A stretch of DNA of 25,324 nt from Eledone cirrhosa (lineage: Eukaryota): contig CAXHJY010000324.1 of NCBI GenBank assembly GCA_964016885.1, positions 1 to 25,324 of the forward strand, read 5' to 3'. Every line of letters starts with the position of its first letter. Within the stretch, counting starts at the first letter, position 1. This document shows, piece after piece, positions 1 to 10,458 of this stretch. The notes below the pieces were generated by a model, which saw nothing but the letters and a program-made list of their open reading frames with translations, was not told the origin of the DNA and did no database searches. The translations under genes and the position numbers were made by a program.

Positions 1-232
1 GCTATTAACTAATTGTACTCCAACTTTGCACAAAGCTTTTCCATCTACAACAAGACATTCATAGAAACAACAGCAGTATATTCATAGAGACAGTGGCAAG
101 ACATTCACAATGAAGACAAGATATTCACAGCAATGGCAGGATGTCATTGAAACTTTTACAGAATTTCTCAATGTCTTTGATAAGCTACACATTCCATTGA
201 ATTCAAACAGTGTTCATAAAAAAACAATTTAC

Positions 233-364
233 CTGAGGATTACATTTATGTATGTGCTGCATCATTTCAACAAGTTGTGGCCTACCGAAGTGTGTTTTAG
301 CTTTCAAACCTGTAAAAACACTTCTTCCCATTGACAGTTTTTGGAAATATTCTTCACAGATAAA
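233..364 (-). CDS. DUOX: Dual oxidase (DUOX) internal exon, NADPH-binding domain; the terminal exon lies outside the window
   Basis: ttgtag|TTT...CAG|gtaaat; 132 bp, phase 0/0; FICEEYFQKLSMGRSVFTGLKAKTHFGRPQLVEMMQHIHKCNPQ contains the NOX/DUOX TGL..THFGRP motif. Confidence 0.93.
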
Positions 365-795
365 CTACAATATTGAGAGAAAGTAATTATTTTTTAGCAT
401 ATTTGCATTTAAAATGTTTCAAATTTTTTTTAATTGACAAACAAGAGCTAGTTTCTAAATTCTTTAAATTTGGAGGTTAGCCAACTTAGGATTGAACAAT
501 GAACAGTTTTCTTAACAAGTTTTACTTGGAAAAGTATAATTTTATCACAGTTGTATAAATTTACAGTAGAAGAACGTGGCCAATATGTTTTAAATATATA
601 CATAAATAACATAATGAATACGTAAATAACATTATAAATTGCTTGGAATTCGTTCAGAAGGACAAATGTCTAAACTGTGTATAACAACACAATAATATAA
701 ATTCATGAATAAAAATGATAAAGGAAAGAAACAAAAAAGGGGGAGGGGGATTCACCACCAAGTGTGGTAATCAGCCGCATCTCACACCTTAAGGC

Positions 796-883
796 CTAAC
801 TGCACACTTTTTGACAAGCCAACATGCTTGCAGCATTACCACGGGTGATGGCAAAGCTTAAGGCACTGAAATAACCAGGCAGT
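796..883 (-). mobile_element. Degenerate 3' ORF end of a CRE-like (restriction-like endonuclease) non-LTR retrotransposon
   Basis: With one frameshift reads TAWLFQCL/SFAITRGNAASMLACQKVCS*, resembling the C-terminal WLFQRLS.A..RGNAAS.L motif of such elements (recognised from memory). Confidence 0.55.
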
Positions 884-1069
884 TTTACTTTGTTTTTCAA
901 CTAATGCAAAAGAAATTAGAAAGGAAAAAAAAATGAAATGTGCATTTTTTCAAAAGAATTTAATTTTAACAAAAGATATTTTTCATGCACAGTATTAATT
1001 AAATAAGTGGGGAAATTTAGAATAATTTAAATAAAAAACAATAATAAAAGAAAGATAAATTTAATATAC

Positions 1070-1225
1070 CATCATTGCTGTTCTCAAATCATAATTCTGA
1101 AAGAATTTAGTGATAAAAATCTCCATTTTAACCAATCCTTTTGTGTCAACAGTTTCCACCTCTCGAAGAATATCAATAAGCCATTCAAAATGTCTGTGAC
1201 TGCCAGTGACCCAAATAAAATACAG
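1070..1225 (-). CDS. DUOX: DUOX internal exon, NADPH-binding domain
   Basis: ttttag|CTG...ATG|gtatat; 156 bp, phase 0/0; LYFIWVTGSHRHFEWLIDILREVETVDTKGLVKMEIFITKFFQNYDLRTAMM (YFIWVT...FEW and FIT...DLRT.M motifs). Confidence 0.95.
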
Positions 1226-1468
1226 CTAAAACAGAAGTTTTATGAAAATATTTTTTTTAAAGCCATCAGTGTGTTTATATCACTTATCAAATATTCAGGT
1301 GATAAAAGAATATTTACAATATAAAAAAAGAAACCAATCATCAGACCAGACTAAGGAAACTGTTTCCATTGATATACTGTTTGGCGATCATAACTCCTGG
1401 CAGGGGGAGGCAGCATTTGAACTCAGAACACACAAAGCATCCTGTTCAAATTTTTAATAATTCTACCA

Positions 1469-1570
1469 CTCCTAAAGAATGAAAGACAAAGTTAACTTTG
1501 GTTGGCTCTGTACTTTGGGTCCTGAGAACCAGAACAATTACTGATGCTCTACAACTCTGCCAATTCACCA
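1469..1570 (-). mobile_element. Degenerate tRNA-derived SINE fragment, probably the same family as 6737-6921
   Basis: Reverse strand ggtgaattggcagag... and gttaactttgtctttcattcttt resemble gtggattggcagta... and gttaactttgcctttcatcttt in the 6737 SINE. Confidence 0.5.
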
Positions 1571-1797
1571 ATATTCCAGATTGATTATTTACAATATTTC
1601 AATGAAATAAGATTGTCTGCAACAGATTTTATAGGGTTAGATAAATTAGTCTACTGCAATGATTTCCAAAGTTATTTTGTTATGGAACCCTTTTTTTCAA
1701 TTAGGATGGTAGGAATTGTCCATAAATTGTATGTATGTGTTTTATGGCTGTTTTGAAAATTGTATAAGACATTAAATGAAACAAAAAATTGTTTTAA

Positions 1798-2005
1798 CCC
1801 TTTACCATTTACATTATTCTATATTTACTATTCTATTTTTGTGGTAAAGGCTTTATCTTAAATAATTATCTCACATAATATTGAATCTATGAGATTTTAA
1901 TATTTATTTTGAGAACAATACCTTAACATCAGTATGTGCAGCTGGTTACAGCTGGTTTGAGCAGAAAGAGGTGAGAGCATTCTGTCCAGATTAAATGCTA
2001 AAGGG
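1798..2005. mobile_element. piggyBac-like MITE
   Basis: Ends CCCTTTACCATTTA / TAAATGCTAAAGGG form a 13/14 inverted match; TTAA lies immediately left (1794-1797); the right TTAA is decayed. Confidence 0.5.
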
Positions 2006-3239
2006 TATTGATATAGAAAAAATGTTAATGAAATTATATCAGAAACTACCTTATTTTGTCAAGCCCACTAATTTTTTCAAAGCGTTCACTTTAGGAAACA
2101 ATCTTCTGAATTAACCTCAGTGTATTAGTGAGTCTCTACATGGCTACTCAACCTGTTAGAAATAACAGCCAAATCCCTCTAAAATCACACCCTACTGTCT
2201 TAGAAAAGGCAAAATGCATTGGATAATGTATGCTTAGATGCATTATGGAAAAAAACAAAAAGATGGGATTATCATTGTTGGAAAGTCTGAGAGATGAACT
2301 GCAATGAAACAACAATTTTCAAAATTGCTGCCTACAGCATTTGAACTGAAACCCTAGAGAAGAGGTATTTTAGTGATACGTTAATTTTTGTAACTTTCAT
2401 TATCCTTTTATACAGTATCTGCCTATATTCTACCCTCATTCATACATTCAATTTTTGACAGGGTTTCTATTGTTTGATGACCTTCCTAATATCAACCACT
2501 TTACAGAATGAACTTAGCACCAACACTAGAGATGTTGTTATGCTAAAAAATACTATGTCCTCTGCACTGTACCCAAGCATCAGAAACATGTAAATAAAGA
2601 AGAAATTAAACTTTACACTTAACAAATTCCTTCTAGTCAATGATATATCTAAAACAGAAAAATATTTAATTAAATGTTTATCTTTATAGATAAATTATTT
2701 TATTTATTTAATCAATTTAAATGACCCTATATAGCTAGTAAGCCATGACAGATATGGGGAGGTACCTAGAACTCCTTAGAATTAAGAAAAACGAGAGTGA
2801 GAAATTAAAAAAAAGAGGTGTGAGATGGTGGGTGAGGAAGGCCAGCAGGATGCAAAAGAAGTATAAGGTTAAAAAATGGTGAAAAACTAGGGTAGTTATA
2901 AAGCAGCTAAATATTTCCATTGTTGAATCTTTTCATGGCCTCTATGTACTGAAGGATCTTGTTTATAGTTCAGAGCTGGCACCTGGGTATTTACCATATA
3001 TAATAGAACACTTGCTTAAGATACTACAGTGTGACTGAATCTGAAACCAAGTGATTCTGAAGTGAAGTTCTTTACATAGGTATGCTAACACCTGAGCTAC
3101 TAAGAATGAATAATTTTGTTAATAGACTGTACAGGGCCACTTGATCCACTACAAAAATGCAGCCAAACCTCCCTTAAATCACACCAGACCATTTTTAAAA
3201 GGTCCATTTAGTTGTGTCAAGGACATGACATCCGTCCTA

Positions 3240-3537
3240 GTGCTGGTGATCTACACAATAAAAGCACCCAGTACATGCTGTAAACAGGTTGGTGGTAGAA
3301 AGGCCATCTAGCCATAGAAAGCTTGCCAAACAAGGGGTTAGGAGAACCCTTCAGTTTGTGTCAGAAGACATGACAACTTCTCTGCACTCAATATGATTGT
3401 ACATGAGCAGGATACAGGCCCCTTGACCTGTCTGGGAGGTCAGTAGCCTCACTTCAGTACTGACTTGGTCTATGTAGACCTGTCCAACCCTTGTTAGTAG
3501 GGAAAACAGACTTGATGATGATGATGATGATGATGAC
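3240..3537 (+). mobile_element. Degenerate SINE/RTE-related repeat with (GAT)n tail
   Basis: Ends gtccaacccttgttagtagggaaaacagact followed by a (tga)n run; the tail resembles 10370-10413; the 5' boundary is approximate. Confidence 0.55.
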
Positions 3538-3847
3538 ATTGAGTAATATAGTCAAAAATACACAAAAAGACCAGACAGTCATGGCAGGAACATCGTTGAT
3601 CATTGGTCTGTCTGGTCTGGGCTGACCTGTGGCTAAACAATAAAAACAGTAAACATGCAATTCAAGTTGACTAAAAATGTTTTGATAAAGTTCAAAATTC
3701 TAGCAAAATATTCAATATGAATACCAAAGAATTGAATCATTTTAAAACAGTATTAATATGCCATTCAAGAAATTCAAACATTGTATAAATACACTGTTAA
3801 AATAAATATTTCAGCAGTGTTAATTTTAATTATATTCTATAACTCAC

Positions 3848-4012
3848 CTTTTGACATTTCATCTTGTATGTGTTTTTTATAGCAGACATTTTCACAAAAT
3901 CCTTTAAGATTGAAGCATATGGGGTTACGCCAATCCCAGCACCAACCAAAACACTGATGTCAAACTTATACCAATCTTGTTGTCCAGCACCATAAGGACC
4001 ATCTAAATATAA
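3848..4012 (-). CDS. DUOX: DUOX internal exon, start of NADPH-binding domain
   Basis: ttttag|TTA...AAG|gtgagt; 165 bp, phase 0/0; [55 protein letters not shown] (DGPYG and VGAGIGVTP motifs). Confidence 0.96.
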
Positions 4013-4417
4013 CTAAAAATAAAGCAAAATTAGACATGTAAAACAAAAGATAAATATTCCTAATAATTAACACAGATCAACATTTTCATTAGTTGGAGTC
4101 ACCACCTCTATCAATTCACAGAGAAATACTCAATTCATGGCCACTAATAGTAAAATCAGTGAATTGGAAATTCCAAGTTCAATATTAGGATATGAATTGA
4201 ACAGTCTAAAAGTAAAACATTTCATTCTTGCTCCCAGTATTTCTGCTCATATTGCAGAAACAACACATCCTTTCATCTCCCAGCAATATTTCTAGTTAAT
4301 ATCCACAGAGCAGGTGGAAACCCTTGTCTGAGCAGAATTCTCATGAAACATTGTTATGTATCATCCAAAATGCCTCTAGGAGAAATTAGTTAAACCAAAT
4401 TTGTGAAACACTGCAAG

Positions 4418-5090
4418 TCTTCTTCTTCTGACTTATTCCTGAGAGGATTGTGGTGGCAGAGTCTTCAAACACTTCTTCAGCAGGTCTTGTCAGAAAAACC
4501 ATTTCCAAATGATCTGGCTGGATCCCCAAACAAGACCAGCTGAGCTCATGTATGTTATTCAATCAATTTTCTCAGGGTCTACCCCTGGGTCTCCTGCCAG
4601 TTGGTTTTGCCCATAAAATCTGTCCAGTGATTCTTTCCCCAAGACATTCTAACCATATGTCCATAATACCAGAGCTGAGATCTCTCAATTCAAAGAAGTA
4701 CCTGGAGTGACTTTGATCTCCGAGTAACATTACTACAAAGCCACTTCAGAGGAATCCTATTTTAGCCACTTGTATTTGCAATCATATTCTTTTATTCCTT
4801 ACCAAAGAATTATGACCATAGATAAGGGTTGGATGAATATCGAAGTGAAGATAGTGAGTTTGGCTTTTATTGATTACCTAATGCTGAATCTGGCACATTA
4901 CTGCCCCTGCTCCTGCAATTCTTGCACTCAATTCAGCCTCATGGCATCTATCACTCATGAACACAGCCCCCAGATACTTAAACTTCTCCACCTACTTCAG
5001 TGGAACTCCATTCACATGTAGAGCTCACTATGCAGGCTTCCTTGAGAGGACGAGTCTCTCAGTTTTTGCAGCATTTATTTTCATTCCAAC
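4418..5090 (-). mobile_element. 5'-truncated, decayed RTE-clade LINE (end of RT domain and C-terminus)
   Basis: Broken frames give VGMKINAAKTERLVLS..VEKFKYLG, KAKLTIFTSI..PTLIYGH, IERSQLWYYGHMVRM and PTGRRPRGRP; (AAG)n tail near 4418-4429; many stops and frameshifts. Confidence 0.85.
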
Positions 5091-5566
5091 TTAGCTTTTT
5101 ATTGTTTTGTGGTTGATATAATAAAACACCAGTCAAGGGTATTAGATTGACTGAATTGTTCTGACACTTTGGTTCCCGAGTTCAAATCCTAATGTAGCTA
5201 ACTTCAAAGATACACATAATCCAAAACCTAGTTTAACATCACCACTAGACCTTTGGGTGCCTTTAGTAGATCCCAGTCTGTTTCAAGCATTAGGACCAGG
5301 TCTCCAGCTGGAGGAAAATTTCTGTCTTTCCTCCCTACTAATCTCAAAGTTTCGTTTTACTGTTTTAGTCAAAGAGAAAATGCAGTCCCCATAACTTTTC
5401 CAAAGCTTAAGTAGCCCATAATTTTTTTAAATGCCTGTTTTTTTTAATGCCATATTTTATTATCATATTTTAATATTATAAATCAATCAACATCCAAAAT
5501 ATAACAAGATATTTTTGATTTTATGTGCCGAGTTGGAGATATTAGAAATACTGGTTTAGAATTTAC

Positions 5567-5796
5567 CTTTGGATAAGGTTCATCTTTTAAGTTTGCAGGA
5601 TCAAATATTCCTCGCATTTTCCAGGTCCATGGTCCAAGTGCTCTTATGTGCACTGAAAGTGTATCTTCATAAGGTGCAGATGTCAAAGTAAATGGATGGA
5701 ACTCTCCCGCTCCAACTGAAGCACAAGCTATTTTTACCCATTGTCCTGATTTGTAGTCAAATTCTTGAGGACGTTTAAACTCAATATAAGTTACAT
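5567..5796 (-). CDS. DUOX: DUOX internal exon, FAD-binding domain
   Basis: tttcag|AT GTA...AAG|gtaaat; 230 bp, phase 1/0; (D)[76 protein letters not shown]; YKSGQWV.IAC and HPFTLTSAP are DUOX-typical; splices in frame to the next three exons. Confidence 0.96.
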
Positions 5797-6277
5797 CTGA
5801 AACAGTAGGAAATATGCACCATTGTAAGAATAAAAAAAAATAGAGAAAGTAAATACAAACAAAAAAAACCTGTCTTTAGATGAAAAGGCCATCATGAAAA
5901 AAATATACTATATTTTCTAAACTCAAATACTGCCAGGGTCTTTCTAAGAGTCTACAGAATTTATAACTACTACTGTTATTACTACTACTACTGAAGTTTA
6001 TCTGGAAAAGTTCACATGTCAGAGGACAGTTGTGTGAGACAAGGTATTTAGGATGATAGGCAAGTTCAAATTCTCACAACTATGCACCTCATTTTCCCAA
6101 ATAAAATAATGTCAACTTATAGTTTTGTAAGTTTACAAACCTAGTTTCCGACAGTTCTTGCTTTGACCAATCTAAGAAAATTAATAAGCTTGCATTTTCC
6201 ATTACACAGTCCTCACTCACTCAAGCCAAATCATGTGACAAGTCATAACATTATACAATGCTGTTCATTGTTTGGAA

Positions 6278-6485
6278 AAATTTGTATATTATATATGTAA
6301 TTTCCTGCAATCAAAATTTATCGCTAAACATCTTGGCTGCATATCAGTGTTGTGGAAATCATCATCATCATTTAACGTGGAAAATAGACATTAACTGATG
6401 ATGATTTCGATAACACTGCTTTGCAGCAAAGATGTTTAGCGATAAATTTTGATTGCAGGAAATTACATATATAATATATAAATTT
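6278..6485. repeat. Fold-back inverted repeat with ~90-bp arms and a ~28-bp spacer
   Basis: aaatttgtatattatatatgtaatttcctgcaatcaaaatttatcgctaaacatctt... is mirrored at 6396-6485 with about 6 mismatches. Confidence 0.9.
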
Positions 6486-6607
6486 GTATAAAACTGATCA
6501 TTTAACAGTCAGTAATGGACCTCTCTAAAGACAGTTGCGTAGCTGGCCTTCATGGTAGTACTAGCATTATTGTGAGATAAATGTTAGATATTTATAATGC
6601 ATTACAC

Positions 6608-7010
6608 CAGTAGTTCTCAACCTTGTTTACCTATGGATCCCTTTGATTGCTATTTTACTCTGGTGGACCTCCATATTCATTTCATATTCTAAAAGATCCT
6701 ATTGTATTTTTATAATTAAATATTATTAAGAACTAGGGCAGTGGATTGGCAGTATCGGTAGAGGGTCGAACGCCATGCTTTGCAGCACAGTTACATCCCT
6801 TTACGGACTGAGTTCAAATCCTGCCAGGGTTAACTTTGCCTTTCATCTTTACGGGGTCGATAAAATAAAGTACCAGTAATAGACTGGGATAATTGCTGGC
6901 CTTGTGCCAAAAGTAGAAACAATTATTAAGAACTGGATAAAAAATAGTTAAAATATTTTGTGTATTGTAGAAGTATAACCAATTTTATGCACACATACTT
7001 TAGCAACTAA
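6608..7010 (+). mobile_element. Probable hAT/Charlie-like MITE (left end only), interrupted by a SINE
   Basis: Starts CAGTAGTTCTCAACC, close to the CAGTGGTTCTCAACC Charlie-type TIR; no right TIR found; the right boundary is approximate. Confidence 0.45.
6737..6921 (+). mobile_element. tRNA-derived SINE with target-site duplication
   Basis: A-box-like TGGCAGTATCGG and B-box GAGTTCAAATCC; central gcctttcatctttacggggtcgataaaataaagtacc; 13-bp TSD ATTATTAAGAACT at 6722-6734 and 6922-6934. Confidence 0.85.
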
Positions 7011-7165
7011 TGAAAATTCTTTGCGAAATGTATGTTCAGTAAGTCATACATGTACAAATTATGAAAAATATGAAGAATTTCTTACCATTTCCAAATTACA
7101 GGAAGAAAAGTGCCTTTTGAAATATAACACTCCAACAATAACAGTAATCAGTTTCTATCTCTCTC

Positions 7166-7195
7166 ACTATGTGTGTGTGAGAGTGTATATGTATG

Positions 7196-7228
<33 letters not shown>

Positions 7229-7261
7229 AAATATGTGTGTGGGTGTTTGGGTGTATGTATG

Positions 7262-7295
<34 letters not shown>

Positions 7296-7415
7296 TGTAT
7301 GTATATATGATATACATATATACATGCACCCAAACACATGTACACATACATATACACACACACACAAACACATACATATACACACACACACAAACACATA
7401 CATATACACACACAC

Positions 7416-7466
<51 letters not shown>
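7166..7466. repeat. Compound (TA)/(TG)/(CA)/(GA) microsatellite
   Basis: Directly visible. Confidence 0.95.
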
Positions 7467-7467
<1 letters not shown>

Positions 7468-7565
7468 AAATTGAGGTTGGTAATGGCACATGGAATATAT
7501 AAGAGACAGAATACTTTTTTGTGAAAAAACAATTTTATAAGGTAAGGAAATAATAAAGGGTATAA

Positions 7566-7613
7566 AAAATGACCGGTTTCGATGGGTCTGCAAAAGCCAT
7601 CTTTTCAAATGTT
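7566..7613 (-). ncRNA. Type I hammerhead-like ribozyme, U3-A8 core variant (left arm)
   Basis: Exact reverse complement of 10042-10089. Confidence 0.6.
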
Positions 7614-8169
7614 GATTAATATTAAGAAAAATTAATAATACGAAGAGTTAAAATTTGAGACTTGAAAATTCAAGTATAAAATTCATTGTGGGATTTCATA
7701 GCAGTTTTCATCTTGGTAGCAACAACAGGTTGACTGCTGTGTCCCTTTCTGGTAGTGAATGAGAAGTTATTTGGGGTGTGGGTTATTTTATAAAGGTCAG
7801 ATTTAGCAATCGCCAGCTGCTGGTCAGTGAGGGGGTGGAAGCAATATACATACACATATCTTCCTGTGATGGGTAGGAGAGTGGAGCGTGATAGAAAGGG
7901 ATTTAGTGCACTTACACCTATATATACACACATACCTTCATCCACACATACATACATATACATATACATATATACACACATACATACACACACACATACA
8001 TACACATATACACACACACACATATATATATATACACATACACACACACACACACATATATATATATACACATACACACACACACACACATATATATATA
8101 TACACATACACACACACACACACATATATATATATACACATACACACACACATATATATATATACACAT

Positions 8170-8224
<55 letters not shown>

Positions 8225-8281
8225 TATATACATACACATACATCCAGATACACACATACATACACACACATATATATATAT

Positions 8282-8337
<56 letters not shown>

Positions 8338-8907
8338 CCCCACACATACATACACACACACACACATATATATACATACACACATACAAACATACACACA
8401 CACATATATATACACACACACACACACACACGCATATATATATATATATACACACATACGCATACATCCAGATACCCACATACATACACACACACGCACA
8501 CACAATACATACATCCACATGCACACACATACACACACACACACATATACACATACATACACCCACACACAGAGAAATGGCCTTCAAATATATATATATA
8601 TATATACATACATACAGACACATATTTTTTCCATAATATAAGAAGTTGGGGCAGTGAAATTAAAATACAAGTCATTCTGATCACATTGAGTTCTTCATGT
8701 AGATTGGGCCCCGCAACCGACAGTGGTGAATTCTGTGTGCGCATATATATATAGATATATGTGTGTGCACGTGCAGGGTTTAACATGGATGTGTTGGTCA
8801 CACAAAGGCATGGTCTGTCAATGAATAAACCTGATTCTACAGAATTGGTCTCTGGTCTTTAATAGTAGTGATTCCGTGCGTATGTGTGTTTATATTTTAT
8901 GACAATT

Positions 8908-8949
8908 CTATTGGGGTGATAACCCGTTTAGTTTTGGTTTAAATTTGTT
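8908..8949 (-). pseudogene. C-terminal remnant of a Penelope RT/GIY-YIG ORF
   Basis: NKFKPKLNGLSPQ*; (I)xxFKPxLN is the typical end of the Penelope GIY-YIG domain; the match is short but lies upstream of a hammerhead-bearing 3' region on the same strand. Confidence 0.6.
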
Positions 8950-9305
8950 AAACCCTGCACGTGCACACACATATATCTATATATATATGCGCACACAGAA
9001 TTCACCACTGTCGGTTGCGGGGCCCAATCTACATGAAGAACTCAATGTGATCAGAATGACTTGTATTTTAATTTCACTGCCCCAACTTCTTATATTATGG
9101 AAAAAATATATGTGTCTGTATGTATGTATATATATATATATATATATATTTGAAGGCCATTTCTCTGTGTGTGGGTGTATGTATGTGTATATGTGTGTGT
9201 GTGTGTGTATGTGTGTGCATGTGGATGTATGTATTGTGTGTGCGTGTGTGTGTATGTATGTGGGTATCTGGATGTATGCGTATGTGTATATATATATATA
9301 TATGC

Positions 9306-9337
<32 letters not shown>

Positions 9338-9401
9338 GTGTGTGTATGTTTGTATGTGTGTATGTATATATATATGTGTGTGTGTGTGTATGTATGTGTG
9401 G

Positions 9402-9471
<70 letters not shown>

Positions 9472-9536
9472 ATATATATATGTGTGTGTGTGTGTGTGTA
9501 TGTATGTGTGTATCTGGATGTATGTGTATGTATATA

Positions 9537-9587
<51 letters not shown>

Positions 9588-10041
9588 ATGTGTATATATA
9601 TATATGTGTGTGTGTGTATGTGTGTATGTATATGTATGTGTGTGTGTATGTATGTGTGTATATGTATATATATATATATATATATATGTATATGTATATG
9701 TATGTATGTGTGGATGAAGGTATGTGTGTATATATAGGTGTAAGTGCACTAAATCCCTTTCTATCACGCTCCACTCTCCTACCCATCACAGGAAGATATG
9801 TGTATGTATATTGCTTCCACCCCCTCACTGACCAGCAGCTGGCGATTGCTAAATCTGACCTTTATAAAATAACCCACACCCCAAATAACTTCTCATTCAC
9901 TACCAGAAAGGGACACAGCAGTCAACCTGTTGTTGCTACCAAGATGAAAACTGCTATGAAATCCCACAATGAATTTTATACTTGAATTTTCAAGTCTCAA
10001 ATTTTAACTCTTCGTATTATTAATTTTTCTTAATATTAATC

Positions 10042-10089
10042 AACATTTGAAAAGATGGCTTTTGCAGACCCATCGAAACCGGTCATTTT
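10042..10089 (+). ncRNA. Type I hammerhead-like ribozyme, U3-A8 core variant (right arm)
   Basis: AACAU UUGAAAA GAUGG-cuuuugcagac-CCAUC GAAA CCGG UC|AUUUU; perfect 5-bp stem II, palindromic stem III ACCGGU, GUC site at 10084; stem I is weak. Confidence 0.6.
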
Positions 10090-10359
10090 TTATACCCTTT
10101 ATTATTTCCTTACCTTATAAAATTATGTTTTTTCACAAAAAAGTATTCTGTCTCTTATATATTCCATGTGCCATTACCAACCTCAATTTTCTCTATAACC
10201 TTCGCTTTGTGTAGAAAATTACACTTTTCATATATATATATATATATATATATACATACAGACACAAATATATATACATATATACACATATATATATACA
10301 TATACACACATCAGTTCCCGTATGATCAAGACACGGTCAGCCGACCGCACACTGCCCAC

Positions 10360-10413
10360 AGCAGGACAACTCGTCTAACCCATGCTAGCGTGGAAGAACA
10401 TTGTTGATGATGA
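10360..10413 (+). mobile_element. SINE 3' tail fragment with (GAT)n
   Basis: gtctaacccatgctagcgtggaagaacattgttgatgatgat resembles the tail at 3482-3537. Confidence 0.5.
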
Positions 10414-10458
10414 TACATATATACACACACATATATATATATACACATATATACATAC

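Larger units (their letters stand above)
7463..10230. mobile_element. 5'-truncated Penelope-like element with inverted pseudo-LTR (arms 7463-8785 and 8946-10194, 160-bp spacer, extra tail to 10230)
   Basis: Near-identical inverted arms of about 1.3 kb; each holds a hammerhead-like motif facing outward; the spacer carries an ORF end NKFKPKLN; flanked by TA microsatellite. Confidence 0.75.

Noticed and set aside
2125-3200. Two similar segments cagccaaa...aaatcacacc (about 2165-2190 and 3159-3184)
   Set aside because: Likely decayed copies of a dispersed SINE; boundaries cannot be supported
3568-3618. 11-bp inverted repeat AGACCAGACAG/CTGTCTGGTCT as a pre-miRNA
   Set aside because: The stem is too short with a poorly paired interior; probably a repeat fragment
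110-5021. Short ORFs of 61-83 aa in the track
   Set aside because: They are antisense to DUOX exons or the RTE relic, or are intronic chance ORFs with no recognisable motifs
5483-5686. 67-aa ORF as a standalone gene
   Set aside because: It is part of the DUOX exon 5567-5796 read through the splice donor
6395-6415. CTGATGA as another hammerhead core
   Set aside because: It is part of a (GAT)n tail; there is no stem II or GAAA-stem III-UH downstream
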